A DNA stretch of 64,000 nt, taken from the NCBI GenBank assembly GCA_958295695.1, contig OY282363.1, positions 1,113,156 to 1,177,155 of the forward strand, read 5' to 3'. This document shows positions 27,303-37,097 of this stretch, in pieces. Both the position numbers and the translations under genes were made by a program. Under the pieces are notes generated by a model. It did not search any database. It was not told the DNA's origin and saw only the letters and a program-made list of their open reading frames with translations. This stretch comes from an uncultured Alphaproteobacteria bacterium. GTDB lineage: Bacteria; Pseudomonadota; Alphaproteobacteria; SP197. The first letter of the stretch is position 1; each line of letters opens with the position of its first letter.

Positions 27303-27385
27303 AGCCGGTCCGTCGTCCCCGGCGGATCGATCGCTCCTCGACTATCGATCCCCGGCGCCGTCATCGGAAGCCGGGAGCGCGGCGA

Positions 27386-28237
27386 TCAACCCTCTTCCGG
27401 ACCGATGATCGCGCAGCGTTGCTCGCCGAGGCCGTCGATCCCGAGGCGGACCTCGTCGCCGGCCCCGAGGAACGTTCTGGGAGTGCGGCCGAGGCCCACG
27501 CCGGCGGGTGTGCCGGTGCAGATGAGGTCGCCGGGCTCCAGGGTCATGAACCGGCTGATGAAATGGATCAGGTGGGCCACGCCGAAGATCATGTCGGCGG
27601 TGGCGCCGTCCTGCATGCGCCGGCCGTTGACATCGAGCCACAGGCGGAGGTCCTGCGGGTCCGGCACGTCGTCGGCGGTGACGAGCCAGGGTCCCAGCGG
27701 GCAGTAGGTGTCGCCCGATTTGCCCAGGATCCACTGGCCCGTGCCCTTGGCCTGGAACTTGCGCTCGGACACGTCGTTGGCGACGCAATAGCCGGCGACG
27801 TGGTCGAGCGCGTCGGCCTCGTCGACATACTTCGCCCGCTTGCCGATCGCGACGGCGAGCTCGACCTCCCAGTCCGTGTGGCGGCTGCCGCGCAGCAGGA
27901 CGATGGGGTCGTTGGGACCCGAAAGCGAGGTGCCGGGCTTGAAGAAGGCGATCGGTTCCTCGGGCGGCTCGCGCCCGGCCTCCCGGGCGTGGTCGATGTA
28001 GTTCAGACCGATGCAGACGATCTTCCCGACGCCGCCGACCGGCGCGCCGAGGCGCGCCTCCTCCTTCACGGCCGGGAGGCTGCCGGGCCGGATGGAGCGG
28101 ATGCGGTCGAGCGCGTCCTCCCGCAACGCCGGGCCGTGGATGTCCCGGACGCGGCCCTCCAAGGAGCGCAGCACGCCGTCGGGATCGATCAGGCCGGGCC
28201 GTTCGGCGCCGGCCGGGCCGTAGCGGACGAGTTTCAC
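27386..28237 (-). CDS. fumarylacetoacetate hydrolase (FAH) family protein
   Basis: 283 aa with a GTG start after GGAGGA. The FAH fold pattern is present (...KIVCIGLNYIDHAREAG...TPAGVG). The track ORF is overextended. Confidence 0.75.
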   Translation of the reverse strand: MKLVRYGPAGAERPGLIDPDGVLRSLEGRVRDIHGPALREDALDRIRSIRPGSLPAVKEEARLGAPVGGVGKIVCIGLNYIDHAREAGREPPEEPIAFFKPGTSLSGPNDPIVLLRGSRHTDWEVELAVAIGKRAKYVDEADALDHVAGYCVANDVSERKFQAKGTGQWILGKSGDTYCPLGPWLVTADDVPDPQDLRLWLDVNGRRMQDGATADMIFGVAHLIHFISRFMTLEPGDLICTGTPAGVGLGRTPRTFLGAGDEVRLGIDGLGEQRCAIIGPEEG

Positions 28238-28260
28238 GATCTTGTCCTCCGGGAGACGGG

Positions 28261-29022
28261 TCAGGCCGTCAGGCCGCCGTCGACATTGACGGTCTGGCCC
28301 GTGATGTAGTCGGCGCCCGCCGACAGGAACAGGATGGCCTCGCCGTAGTCGGCCGGCGTGCCGATGCGGCCCAGCGGGACGACGCCCGGCGCGTCCCTTT
28401 CCATGCCCGGGAAACGGCACATCCAGGCCGACTCGACGATGCCGGGCGCGATGGCGTTGACCCGCGTCCGGGGCGCGAGCGCCCGCGCCCATTCCTTGGT
28501 CAGGTTCACGAGGCCGGCTTTCGCCGCGCAGTAGACCGAGCTCGATCCGCCCCCGCCGTGGGCCGAGATCGAGGCCGTGTTGACGATCGCGCCGCCCGAG
28601 TCCCGCAACGCCCCGGCCGCCGCCTTGGTGCAACGGTACGGGCCGATCAGGTTGACGTTGAGCAGCAGGTTCCAGAACGCCTCGTCCTGGCGGTCGAAGT
28701 CGTCGGGCGGGATGGGCCGCCGCGTGCCGGGCGTGCCGGCGTTGTTGACGAGGTAGTCGAGGCCGCCGAGGTCGGCGATGGCCCGCGCCACCATGCGCGG
28801 GCAGTCCTCCGCGTCGCCGACATCGCCGGGCGCGGCGACGACACGATGGCCCGAGACGCCGAACTCCTCGACGACGGCGTCCAGGGTCCCGGACCCCGGC
28901 AGGTCGTTGACCGCCACGCTCGCGCCGCAACGCAGATAGGCCTTGACGGCGCCCAAGCCGATGCCCGAGGCGCCGCCCGTGACCAGCGCCCGCTTACCCT
29001 CGAGGTCGTAGGTCGCCAGCAT
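28261..29022 (-). CDS. SDR-family oxidoreductase
   Basis: 253 aa with TGGASGIG and a YxxxK-type catalytic dyad (SVYCAAK), classical SDR. Confidence 0.85.
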   Translation of the reverse strand: MLATYDLEGKRALVTGGASGIGLGAVKAYLRCGASVAVNDLPGSGTLDAVVEEFGVSGHRVVAAPGDVGDAEDCPRMVARAIADLGGLDYLVNNAGTPGTRRPIPPDDFDRQDEAFWNLLLNVNLIGPYRCTKAAAGALRDSGGAIVNTASISAHGGGGSSSVYCAAKAGLVNLTKEWARALAPRTRVNAIAPGIVESAWMCRFPGMERDAPGVVPLGRIGTPADYGEAILFLSAGADYITGQTVNVDGGLTA

Positions 29023-29130
29023 CGCCGTCTCCCGCCGGTTGTTGATCGCGTCATAGCGCCTCGCCGGCGCGCCGGGAAGCCGCCGTCGTCCGCCTGTCGC
29101 GCGTCCGTCGAGGACGGACCGGCTTCAGCG

Positions 29131-29230
29131 GGGAACTCTATCGAAAAGTCACATTGACACAACATCTTGTGTTCATTTTATCTCGTCACATCAACATGAT
29201 GTAGAAATGTGATCGTTGGATATAATCCCC
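29131..29230 (+). repeat. direct repeat DR1 (~100 bp, 38-bp perfect core) bounding a ~3-kb inserted segment; contains a TTGACA box and palindromes
   Basis: tatcgaaaagtcacattgacacaacatcttgtgttcat is identical to 32179-32216. The next ~60 bp are about 80% identical. It carries TTGACA, ACACAAcatcTTGTGT and CATCAacaTGATG. Confidence 0.7.
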
Positions 29231-30090
29231 TATCAATTGCGGGCAAGTGGAACTTCCGGGATTGGAGCCTGGACTTTTCATTCTCGGCAAGCCTCGATGG
29301 GATCGAGATCGAGGCAGAGGCAGGACCGCTCGAGTTTGGGCTCAAGGTAACGGAGAATAATATTTCTGGCAATGTCTCTACAGGAAAGGATAGCCTGAGT
29401 GTTGAATACGGCGACGACGGGGAGGTTGACGTTGAGTTGGGTCTTGGACCCGAAACTGTTACAGCTAAAAGTGTATTTGGTGAAACTACCTATCAAGCGG
29501 AACTTGATTACGGTCTGGGTAGTGTCACCGTTTTTGACAGTCCAAAATCCGATGACGGTCAGGAGTCGCCGGGAAGTGAGGTTGGCGACGACCGGTCGGG
29601 TGATCCGAAAGGCGATCCCGACGCGGGCGCGGACCATCCGGGCGGTCTGGCGGCGGACGACACGGACCTCGAGGCGTTCGCGGCGCTGCACGACGGCAAC
29701 GACGACGGGGTGTTCGACGCGAGGGACGTGGACTGGTCGAAGGCCGGGGTGTGGCGCGACGCGGACGGCGAGGCGGACGCGGGCGAGTTCCACACGCTGT
29801 CGTCGCTGGGCATAACCTTGATCGGCCTCACGTCGGACGGGGTTGCGGAGGACGTGTCGGGCAACCGTATCGCGGGCCGTTCGAGCTACACGCTAAGCGA
29901 CGGGACGACGCGCGAGCTGGCGGGCGCGGCGGGCGTGGCGCTGCTGGGCGGCGCGGGCGCGTCGAACGTCGAGGCGGCCATCGGCGGCGGCGGCGGGGGC
30001 CTCGCGGGGTGTGGACGTTCCCGGCCGGCGGGGATAGGCTGGCGTTCATGGACGCCAATCTCGCTGGCTTCGTCGCTCTCGCGGCCCTGA
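29209..30090 (+). CDS. hypothetical acidic Asp/Gly-rich protein with an EF-hand-like Ca-binding loop; possibly a gene fragment
   Basis: The first ~350 bp have atypically low GC. Motif HDGNDDGVFDARDVDW resembles a DxNxDG calcium loop. The ORF starts inside DR1. No signal peptide is evident. Confidence 0.35.
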   Translation: MIVGYNPLSIAGKWNFRDWSLDFSFSASLDGIEIEAEAGPLEFGLKVTENNISGNVSTGKDSLSVEYGDDGEVDVELGLGPETVTAKSVFGETTYQAELDYGLGSVTVFDSPKSDDGQESPGSEVGDDRSGDPKGDPDAGADHPGGLAADDTDLEAFAALHDGNDDGVFDARDVDWSKAGVWRDADGEADAGEFHTLSSLGITLIGLTSDGVAEDVSGNRIAGRSSYTLSDGTTRELAGAAGVALLGGAGASNVEAAIGGGGGGLAGCGRSRPAGIGWRSWTPISLASSLSRP

Positions 30091-30359
30091 TCCTCGGCCT
30101 GTTCGCCTGGCTGCGCCAGGACATCCGCGCCTTGCGCGGCGAGATGCACGGGCTGCGCGATGAGGTGAACGGCCGGATCGACGCCTTGCGCGACGAGATG
30201 AGCGGCCGGATCGACGCCTTGCGCGACGGGATGGGGGAGTTACGCGAACGGGTGGCGCGCATCGAGGGTCTTCTGGAGGCTGTGTTCATGCGCCGCGACC
30301 TGACGCCCCTGCCCGATCCCCCGGCCCCCGAGCCTCCGGGCAAGTCCGAAGCCGCCTGA
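30048..30359 (+). CDS. small membrane-anchored coiled-coil protein with internal tandem repeat
   Basis: 103 aa with an N-terminal TM (LAGFVALAALILGLFAWL) and a repeated RDEVNGRIDALRDEMSGRIDALRDGM segment; the 33-nt DNA unit is duplicated. Confidence 0.35.
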   Translation: MDANLAGFVALAALILGLFAWLRQDIRALRGEMHGLRDEVNGRIDALRDEMSGRIDALRDGMGELRERVARIEGLLEAVFMRRDLTPLPDPPAPEPPGKSEAA

Positions 30360-30630
30360 AGCCCTCGACGGCCTTGGCGGACCGGATCGTGCCGCGGGAT
30401 CGGTTCACGGTGGCGCGCCGGGTGGAGACCCCGGCGTTCGCCGACGGCGGACGCTGGCGACTGGCGGACTTCGTTATCGGCACGTCTTCGGCGGACACGC
30501 TGGCGTCGGGCGCGGACGTGAAGATCGCGGCCCGACAAGAGCATTGAACGCCTCCATCGCCGCCGGTAGCTTCTCGCGCGATGGGGCGACGACCGTGAGG
30601 ATCTGGATGCCGGGACGTGCGCCAGCCTTT

Positions 30631-32028
30631 ATGAAACCCCGTAACCGTCTCGCCAGCGGCATCGCTCTGCTGGCGCTGGCGCTCGCCGCGTCCCCGTCCG
30701 GGGCGGCCGGTTGCGACGATTGGAACATGATGGCTTTCTTCGCGGAGGCCACGGCGGACGAGGTGCGCGGTTGCTTGGCGGGAGGGAGCGATCCCATGGC
30801 GCACGACGATAAAGGTTGGACGCCGCTCCACAAGGCGGCCGTGCTGTCGAGCGATCCGGCCACGGTTGCCGTGCTGCTGGAAGGAGGGGCAGACCCGAAT
30901 GCGCGAGGCGACAGAGATGCGAGACCGCTTCACGTCGCCGTCCGGTACTCGGCCGATCCCGCCACGATCGCCGCGCTGCTGGGGGCGGGGGCCGATCCGA
31001 ACGCGCGAACCTCGGACCAGAGCGTGACGCCGCTTCACGTCGCTGCTCAGATATCGGCCGATCCCGCCACGATCGCCGCGCTGCTGGAGGCGGGGGCCGA
31101 TCCGAACGCGCGAACCTCGGATCAAGGCGCGACGCCGCTTCATCTCGCGGCGGAGCACTCCGACGACACTGCTGTTTTCGTCGCGCTTCTGGGGGCGGGG
31201 GCCGACCCGAATGCGCGAGCCGACGGAGATGTAGCACCACTTCATCTCGCCGCCCATCACTCGAACAATCCGGCGATGGTTACCGCGCTGTTGAGAAGCG
31301 GCGCCGATCCGAACGCGCGCGCCCGCAGGGATACGACGCCGCTTCACTTCGCCGTGCGGTACTCGGACAATCCCGCCGTGGTCGTCGCGCTTCTGGGGGC
31401 GGGGGCCGATTCGAACGCGTGGGCCGACGGAGGTGTGACGCCGCTTCACCTTGCCGCCCAGTACTCGGCCGATCCCGCCGTGGTCGTCGCGCTGCTGGAG
31501 GCGGGGGCCGATCCGAACGCGCGAGGCGACGGAGGCGTGACGCCGCTTCACCTTGCCGCCCAGCACTCGGACGATCCCACCGTGGTCGTCGCGCTGCTGG
31601 AGGCGGGGGCCGATCCGAACGCGCGAGGCGACGGAGGCGTGACGCCGCTTCACCTTGCCGCCCAGCATTCGAACGGTCCGGCGAAGCTCGTTGTCCTGCT
31701 GAGGGCGGGAGCCGATCCGAACGCTCGGATGTCGGATGAAGGCGCGATGCCGCTTCATCTCGCGGCGCAGTACTCCGACAATCCCGCCATTCTGATTGCG
31801 CTGCTGGAATCGGGAGCCGATCCGAATGCACAGGCGGGTGACAACGGTATCACGCCTCTCATGGTAGCCGCCCGGTTTGCAAGCGACCCCATGGTCCTGA
31901 CGACTTTGCTGGATGTCGGCGCGGACACAGACGTTCGGATCGCCGGAGGCTTGAGCGTTTGCGATCTGTTGGAGCGCAACCCGGCCTTGGAGGTGGCGAA
32001 TGCCGACGGGCGCCTCGGCTGCCGATGA
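30631..32028 (+). CDS. ankyrin-repeat protein (about 12 ANK repeats) with N-terminal signal peptide
   Basis: MKPRNRLASGIALLALALAASPSGAAGC is followed by repeated TPLH(L/V)AA..S.DPA.V.ALL.AGADPNAR units of 33 aa, equivalent to a 99-bp DNA periodicity. Confidence 0.8.
   Translation: MKPRNRLASGIALLALALAASPSGAAGCDDWNMMAFFAEATADEVRGCLAGGSDPMAHDDKGWTPLHKAAVLSSDPATVAVLLEGGADPNARGDRDARPLHVAVRYSADPATIAALLGAGADPNARTSDQSVTPLHVAAQISADPATIAALLEAGADPNARTSDQGATPLHLAAEHSDDTAVFVALLGAGADPNARADGDVAPLHLAAHHSNNPAMVTALLRSGADPNARARRDTTPLHFAVRYSDNPAVVVALLGAGADSNAWADGGVTPLHLAAQYSADPAVVVALLEAGADPNARGDGGVTPLHLAAQHSDDPTVVVALLEAGADPNARGDGGVTPLHLAAQHSNGPAKLVVLLRAGADPNARMSDEGAMPLHLAAQYSDNPAILIALLESGADPNAQAGDNGITPLMVAARFASDPMVLTTLLDVGADTDVRIAGGLSVCDLLERNPALEVANADGRLGCR
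30870..31780 (+). repeat. 99-bp tandem DNA repeats encoding the ankyrin units
   Basis: Units recur with high nucleotide identity, e.g. gccgatccgaacgcgcgaggcgacggaggcgtgacgccgcttcaccttgccgcccagcactcg. Confidence 0.7.
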
Positions 32029-32170
32029 CACGCTGGACAACGATTGTTGGGGTCCGAGTATGCGATCGCGGTCCATCGGACAGGCGGAGGGCGCGCCGTC
32101 GAGTAGTTGGATAAAGACGATCCCGCCACCTCAAGGTACAGCATCGGAGTGGTATGGAAGTCTATCGATA

Positions 32171-32270
32171 GGGAATTTTATCGAAAAGTCACATTGACAC
32201 AACATCTTGTGTTCATCTTGCCTCGTTACATCAATATGATGTGCAAATGTGGCCATTGGATAGAATCGCC
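32171..32270 (+). repeat. direct repeat DR2 (partner of DR1), located in the convergent intergenic region after the ankyrin gene
   Basis: Same core as DR1, offset 3040 bp. It includes a vestigial 5' ORF start (MWPLDRIALQ versus MIVGYNPLSI in DR1). Confidence 0.7.
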
Positions 32271-32272
32271 CT

Positions 32273-34360
32273 TCAACGGCCCTCCGCCCGCCAGGCCGCG
32301 GCGAGGCCGCCGACGAACAAGAGCAGCGCGAGCCAGGGCGGCAGCAGCGCGAGCGTGTCGATTCCCCGCACGAGATAGCGGCCGTGGTCGACGACGCCGA
32401 TCCAGCCGTTCCCGCTGAGGTCGCGGCCGGGCGAGACCCGGCGCACCGTCGGCAGGGGATCGTGGGCGAGCCAGAAGAGGCCGCCGCCGCTCTCGGAGAC
32501 GATCGGCCGCAAGGCCTCGGCGGTCGCCCGGGGATCGCGCCATTCCGGCGGATTGAGCGCGCCCACGCCGACGACGGCCTCGAGCTCGCCGTCGGCGATG
32601 CGGTGGAGGCCGGCCTCGCTCACGGGCGCCTCGGCGGTCGCGCGGCCGGGCAGGCCCGGCTCCAGCAGGACGGTTTCGACGACGCCCGACGGCCGCGCGA
32701 CCGAGACCTCGAAGCCGCGGTCCTCCATGGACTGGCGCACGATCGTGAGCCGGTCGCCGACCGCGACGGCCGACAGCGCGTTCTCCTCGAGGTCGGGCTC
32801 CTTCATGAGCCAGTGGGCCAGCCGGCGCAGGAGCTCCTGGCTCGGTCCTCCGCCCCCGTAGCCGCGCGACCAGAGCCAGAGATGGTCCGACAGGAGCTCG
32901 GCCACGCGGCCCTCGCCCACGCGCTGGACGACGAGGAGCGGACGCTCCTCGGCGCCGTTGAGCAGGACGTCGCCCGTTCCGGCCTCGACGCCGACCAGGC
33001 GGAACCACGGCCCCCAGGGCGGAATCTCGTTGCGGACGCCGGCGAGGTCGGCGGTGATCGGATGGCGCAGGCCCGCGTCCGTCGGGACGACCCGATAGCC
33101 CTGCTCGACGATCTCCCCGGTCGGCAAGGCGGGCATCAGATCGCCCAGCACCGTGGTGTGAAGGCCGAGCTGGGTCGCGAAATCCGGACCCGCCGAGACC
33201 ATCATCGCGCCGCCCTCGAGGACATAGCGCGCGATGTTGTGGAGATAGAGCTCGGGGATCACGCCGCGCTTGCGGTAGCGGTCGAAAACGATGAGGTCGA
33301 AATCCTCGAGCTTGACCTCGAACAATTCGCGCACCGGGAACGAGATCAGAGAGAGCTCCCGGATCGGCGTGCCGTCCTGCTTCTCGGGCGGGCGCAGGAT
33401 CGTGAAGTGGATCAGCTCGACCGAGGGGTCGGCCTTGAGCGTGTTGCGCCAGACCCGTTCGCCGGTGTGGACCTCGCCCGAGATCAGCAGGACCTTGAGG
33501 TTCTCGCGAACGCCGTTGATCGCCAGGACGGCCTCGTTGTTGACCGCGGTGAGCTCGCCCTCGCGCGGCTCGACCTCCAGCCGCACCACCGACGGGCCGG
33601 CGCGGTCCGGCAGGAAACGCATCTCGTAGCGTTCGCCGACGGGAACGCTCCGTGCGATGGGTTCGCCGCCGGGCGGCGTCAGGGTCACGGGCGCGACACC
33701 GCCGCCGGCCGCGCTGTCGTGGACGCGGAAGACCAGGGTCACGGGCTTGTCGACGATGCCGTAGCGGGGCGCCTCGATCAGTTCCAGGCGGCGGTCGGCC
33801 TCGTGGCGGGCGCCGGTCAGCAGAACGTGCACGGGCGCGTCGATCCCGAGGGCCTCGACGGATTCGGGCGCGTCGTGCACGGCGCCGTCGGTCACCATGA
33901 CGATGCCGGAGACCGCATTGCGCGGAACGTCGGCCAGCGCCCGTCGGATGGCGCCGAAGAGGTTGGTGCCCGAACCGGGGAGCGCCCTCTCTCCGGCGGC
34001 CCGCGCCGGGTCGATCTCGGCCACCCGCACCTCCAGATTGGCGAGCCGAGAGAACCGTTCGGCGAGCGCCTCGACCGCCGCGTCGGTCTGTTCCGGCCGG
34101 TTTCCCACGCTCTGGCTGGGCGACCGGTCGGCCAGGACCAGCGCCACGTCGGGCAGCGGCTCCCGGCGTTCCTCGACGACGGAGGGGTTGGCCAGCGCCA
34201 GGACCAGCGCCCCGAGCGTGAAGCAACGCCAGAAGGTTCCGGGCGCCCGGCGCAGGAAGCCGTAGCCGAGAAGAAGAAGAGCCGCGACCGCGAAGGCGAT
34301 GACGAGCCACGGCGGGAGCAGCGGATCGAGGACGAGGTCGGTGACGGCGCCCGCGTTCAT
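32273..34360 (-). CDS. large membrane-anchored protein of the moxR/DUF58 aerotolerance-like operon (N- and C-terminal TM, vWA-like central region)
   Basis: 695 aa. Its start overlaps the upstream gene stop (ATGA). Conserved position as the 4th gene of the moxR-DUF58-DUF4159-X cluster. Confidence 0.6.
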   Translation of the reverse strand: MNAGAVTDLVLDPLLPPWLVIAFAVAALLLLGYGFLRRAPGTFWRCFTLGALVLALANPSVVEERREPLPDVALVLADRSPSQSVGNRPEQTDAAVEALAERFSRLANLEVRVAEIDPARAAGERALPGSGTNLFGAIRRALADVPRNAVSGIVMVTDGAVHDAPESVEALGIDAPVHVLLTGARHEADRRLELIEAPRYGIVDKPVTLVFRVHDSAAGGGVAPVTLTPPGGEPIARSVPVGERYEMRFLPDRAGPSVVRLEVEPREGELTAVNNEAVLAINGVRENLKVLLISGEVHTGERVWRNTLKADPSVELIHFTILRPPEKQDGTPIRELSLISFPVRELFEVKLEDFDLIVFDRYRKRGVIPELYLHNIARYVLEGGAMMVSAGPDFATQLGLHTTVLGDLMPALPTGEIVEQGYRVVPTDAGLRHPITADLAGVRNEIPPWGPWFRLVGVEAGTGDVLLNGAEERPLLVVQRVGEGRVAELLSDHLWLWSRGYGGGGPSQELLRRLAHWLMKEPDLEENALSAVAVGDRLTIVRQSMEDRGFEVSVARPSGVVETVLLEPGLPGRATAEAPVSEAGLHRIADGELEAVVGVGALNPPEWRDPRATAEALRPIVSESGGGLFWLAHDPLPTVRRVSPGRDLSGNGWIGVVDHGRYLVRGIDTLALLPPWLALLLFVGGLAAAWRAEGR

Positions 34361-37097
34361 TGCCCGATCCGCTCCAGGATCGTCGGCAGGTGAACGGCGT
34401 CGGACTTGTAGTTGCCCGTCATGGCGTACATGGCGAGGTTGACGCCGAAACGAAAGGCCATCTCGCGCTGGCGCTCGCCGCCCGGCACGACCGGGTAGAG
34501 CGGCTGGAGATCGTCGTTGAGCGCCCAGGCCGAGGCCCAGTCGTTGCTGCCGATGACGATGGCCGACACGCCGTCGTTGAGGCCGCCGGGATGCCGCTCG
34601 ACCCAGACCGAGCCGCCGTCCCAGCGTCCGGGGAATCCGGTCAGCAGATAGTAGGATTGGGTCAGCACATGGCCTGGCGGCACGCGCATCAGGGCGGGGA
34701 TGTTGAGTCCGCCCAGAAGCTCGGGCAGGCGCGCCGCGTTCGGGCCGGTGCCGGTCACGCCCTGCATCTCACGGTCCGCGTCGCGGGTGTCGACGACGAG
34801 GATGCCGCCCGCGGCGAGGTAGCCGTCGAGCCGCGCCTTGGCGACGCCCGACGGCGCCGGCTGATCCTCGGTGATCGGCCAGTAGATCAGGGGGAACAGG
34901 ATCAGCTCGTCGGTCTCGACCTCGACGGCGACCGGAGCGCCGGGCTCGACCGAGGTGCGGGCGGTCAGCATCATGCCGAGGCCACGCAGGCCGGCGAACG
35001 AGACCCGGTCGACCCGGCTGTCGCCGGTTTCGATGTAGCCGAAGCGCACCTCCAGGGCGGCGACGGGAACGCCGTCCTCGTTCAGGTGCTCGTCGGCGCC
35101 CGCCGCGCCGGGATGCGCCAGCATGAAGAGCAGGGGGACGGCCGCCAGGCGCGCCCCGGTGCGCCAGCCCGGAACGAGGCCGCGCAGCGCCATGCTGACG
35201 TAGATCTCGACGAGCGCGAGCAGCGCGGCGACGCCGAGGATGAAGGGGCGGAGGTCGACCTCCTCGCGCCGCTCGAACCCGGTCGCCGTGACGTCGTCCG
35301 GCGGAACCAGCGCTTCGGGCGCATCCATCGAAGGACCGAGGTTGAGCGTGCGGCGGAGATCGAGCGCGCCGTAGACGCCGGGAGGCGTGGCGGGGCCGGG
35401 AACCGCTTCGGCGAAACCGTTGGCCGGCACGGCCGTCGCCGTGGCGGGCGGCGGGCCGAGCGCGCCGAAGCCGGTCAACGTCTGGATCGCCGGCAGGGGC
35501 CGGTCGCCGAGCTCCGCGCCGGCGCCCTGCGAGAGATCGACGAGACGTTTCATCATGCCCGCGAAGAGCCCCGAGATCGGCAGGTTCGTCCACTGCGTGT
35601 TGGCCGAGGTGTGGACCAGCACGAGCCAGCCGTCGCCGCGCCTGTCGGCGGTGACCAGCGGCGTGCCGTCGGCCAGCCGCGCCCAGGTCTTCGAACTCAG
35701 TTCGACATTGGGCTCCGCCAGCACCTGGCGGTCGATCAGCACGTCGGGCGGCGGCAGGAGACCGGCAAAGGGCGAATCGGCCTCGAACGGCGCGATGCGT
35801 TGCGCGCTCGCCCAGCTCATCGCGCCGCCGAGCGCGCGCTCGCGCCCGCGAATCTCGACCGGCACCAGATCGTCGCTTTCCTGGGAGAAGACGGGTCCGG
35901 CGAAGCGCACCAGAACGCCGCCGCCCTCCATCCAGGCCTCGAGCGCCTCGCGTTCCGTGCCGGGCACGACGCCCACGTCGGCCAGGACGATCGCGGCGGG
36001 CGGTTTTCGCAGCAGGACGCCGAGGGGCGCCGACCTCGGCTCCGCCGAGGTTTCGAGCGCCCGCTCGATGAAGAAGACCGGCGACAGCAACGGCTGCCGG
36101 TTCTCGATGTCGCCGCCGGCGACGAGGCCCACCGGAGGGCGCTTCCAGCGTCGATCGAGCAGGACGACGGCGGCGGCGGTCGGTTCGTTCTCGATCTCCA
36201 GCCGCGCGATGCGGTTGCGCATCTCCGTCGGCAGGTCGAGCGCGCCCTCGGCGCTCGACGAGCCGCTGGCGAAGACCAGTTCCCGGCGCGCCACCAGATC
36301 GCCCTCCTCGTCGTTGGCGGCCACCCAGACGCGGCGTTCGGGTCCTTCGCCGGCCCTGAGCGCGCGCAGCATCAGCGATCCTTTCGCGTCTTCGGGCGGA
36401 AGCAGCACGAGCGCGGCCGCGGACCGGCGGTTGGTCACGATCGTCAGCGTTCCCAGGGTCCGGAGCGTCTCCAGGAACCGGCTGTCGTCATCGGCGCCGA
36501 CGCCGTCGGCGATCCAGAAGACCTGGGACACGGACTCGAGGTCGGCGAGCGCCCCGGCGGCGGCGGACCTGTCGACCGGCCAGGGCGCGGGGACCATGGC
36601 TCCGACAAGCCGGTCGGCGTCGGCGGGCGTCAGCAGGCCGCTGTGCGCCATCGGCGCGTCCGTCTCCCGCGGAGCGGCGCCCAGGAGCGCGACGGAGCGG
36701 CCTTGCCGCTCGGCCAGCGCCAGAAGGTTGCGCAGCGCGGTCATCCGCTCGGGCCAGTCCCGGGCCGAGGCCCAGCCGTCATCGACCACGATCAGCATGT
36801 CGCCCGGCGCGAGCGAACGGTGCGACGGATTGAGCAGCGGGTGGGCGACCGCGAGGATCAGCAGCGTGACGAGGGCGATGCGCAACAGGATGAGCCAGAG
36901 CGGCGTCGATTCGGCGGCGCGGCGATCGGTGTCGAGTCCGAACAGCAGGCGGATCGCGGGGAACGACACGCGCCGCGGCGTCGGCGGCGCGACCTTCAGA
37001 AGCCACCAGAGCAGCGGCGCCACGACCAGCGCGATCAGGGCCCAGGGGACCGCGAAGGCGAGGGGACCGAGCGTCGCCACGGTCAGGCCGCCTGTCC
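34357..37097 (-). CDS. N-terminal double-transmembrane domain / DUF4159 family protein (BatB-like)
   Basis: The true start is probably the GTG overlapping the DUF58 stop (VATLGPLAFAVPWALIALVVAPLLWWLL...). The track ORF is overextended to 37722. Confidence 0.6.

Noticed and set aside
30286-32076. 596-aa minus-strand ORF antisense to the ankyrin gene
   Set aside because: Its repeats merely mirror the ANK DNA repeats. The sense strand gives a textbook ankyrin protein with a signal peptide.
29100-32300. CRISPR array or integron attC at the direct repeats
   Set aside because: Only two repeat copies, ~3 kb apart, with coding genes between. There are no short regularly spaced repeats and no integrase, so this is not CRISPR or a classical integron cassette array.
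32226-34310. 694-aa minus ORF in an alternative frame to 32273..34360
   Set aside because: It is Arg/Gly-rich low-complexity. The other frame has TM helices at both ends and is translationally coupled to the upstream operon gene.
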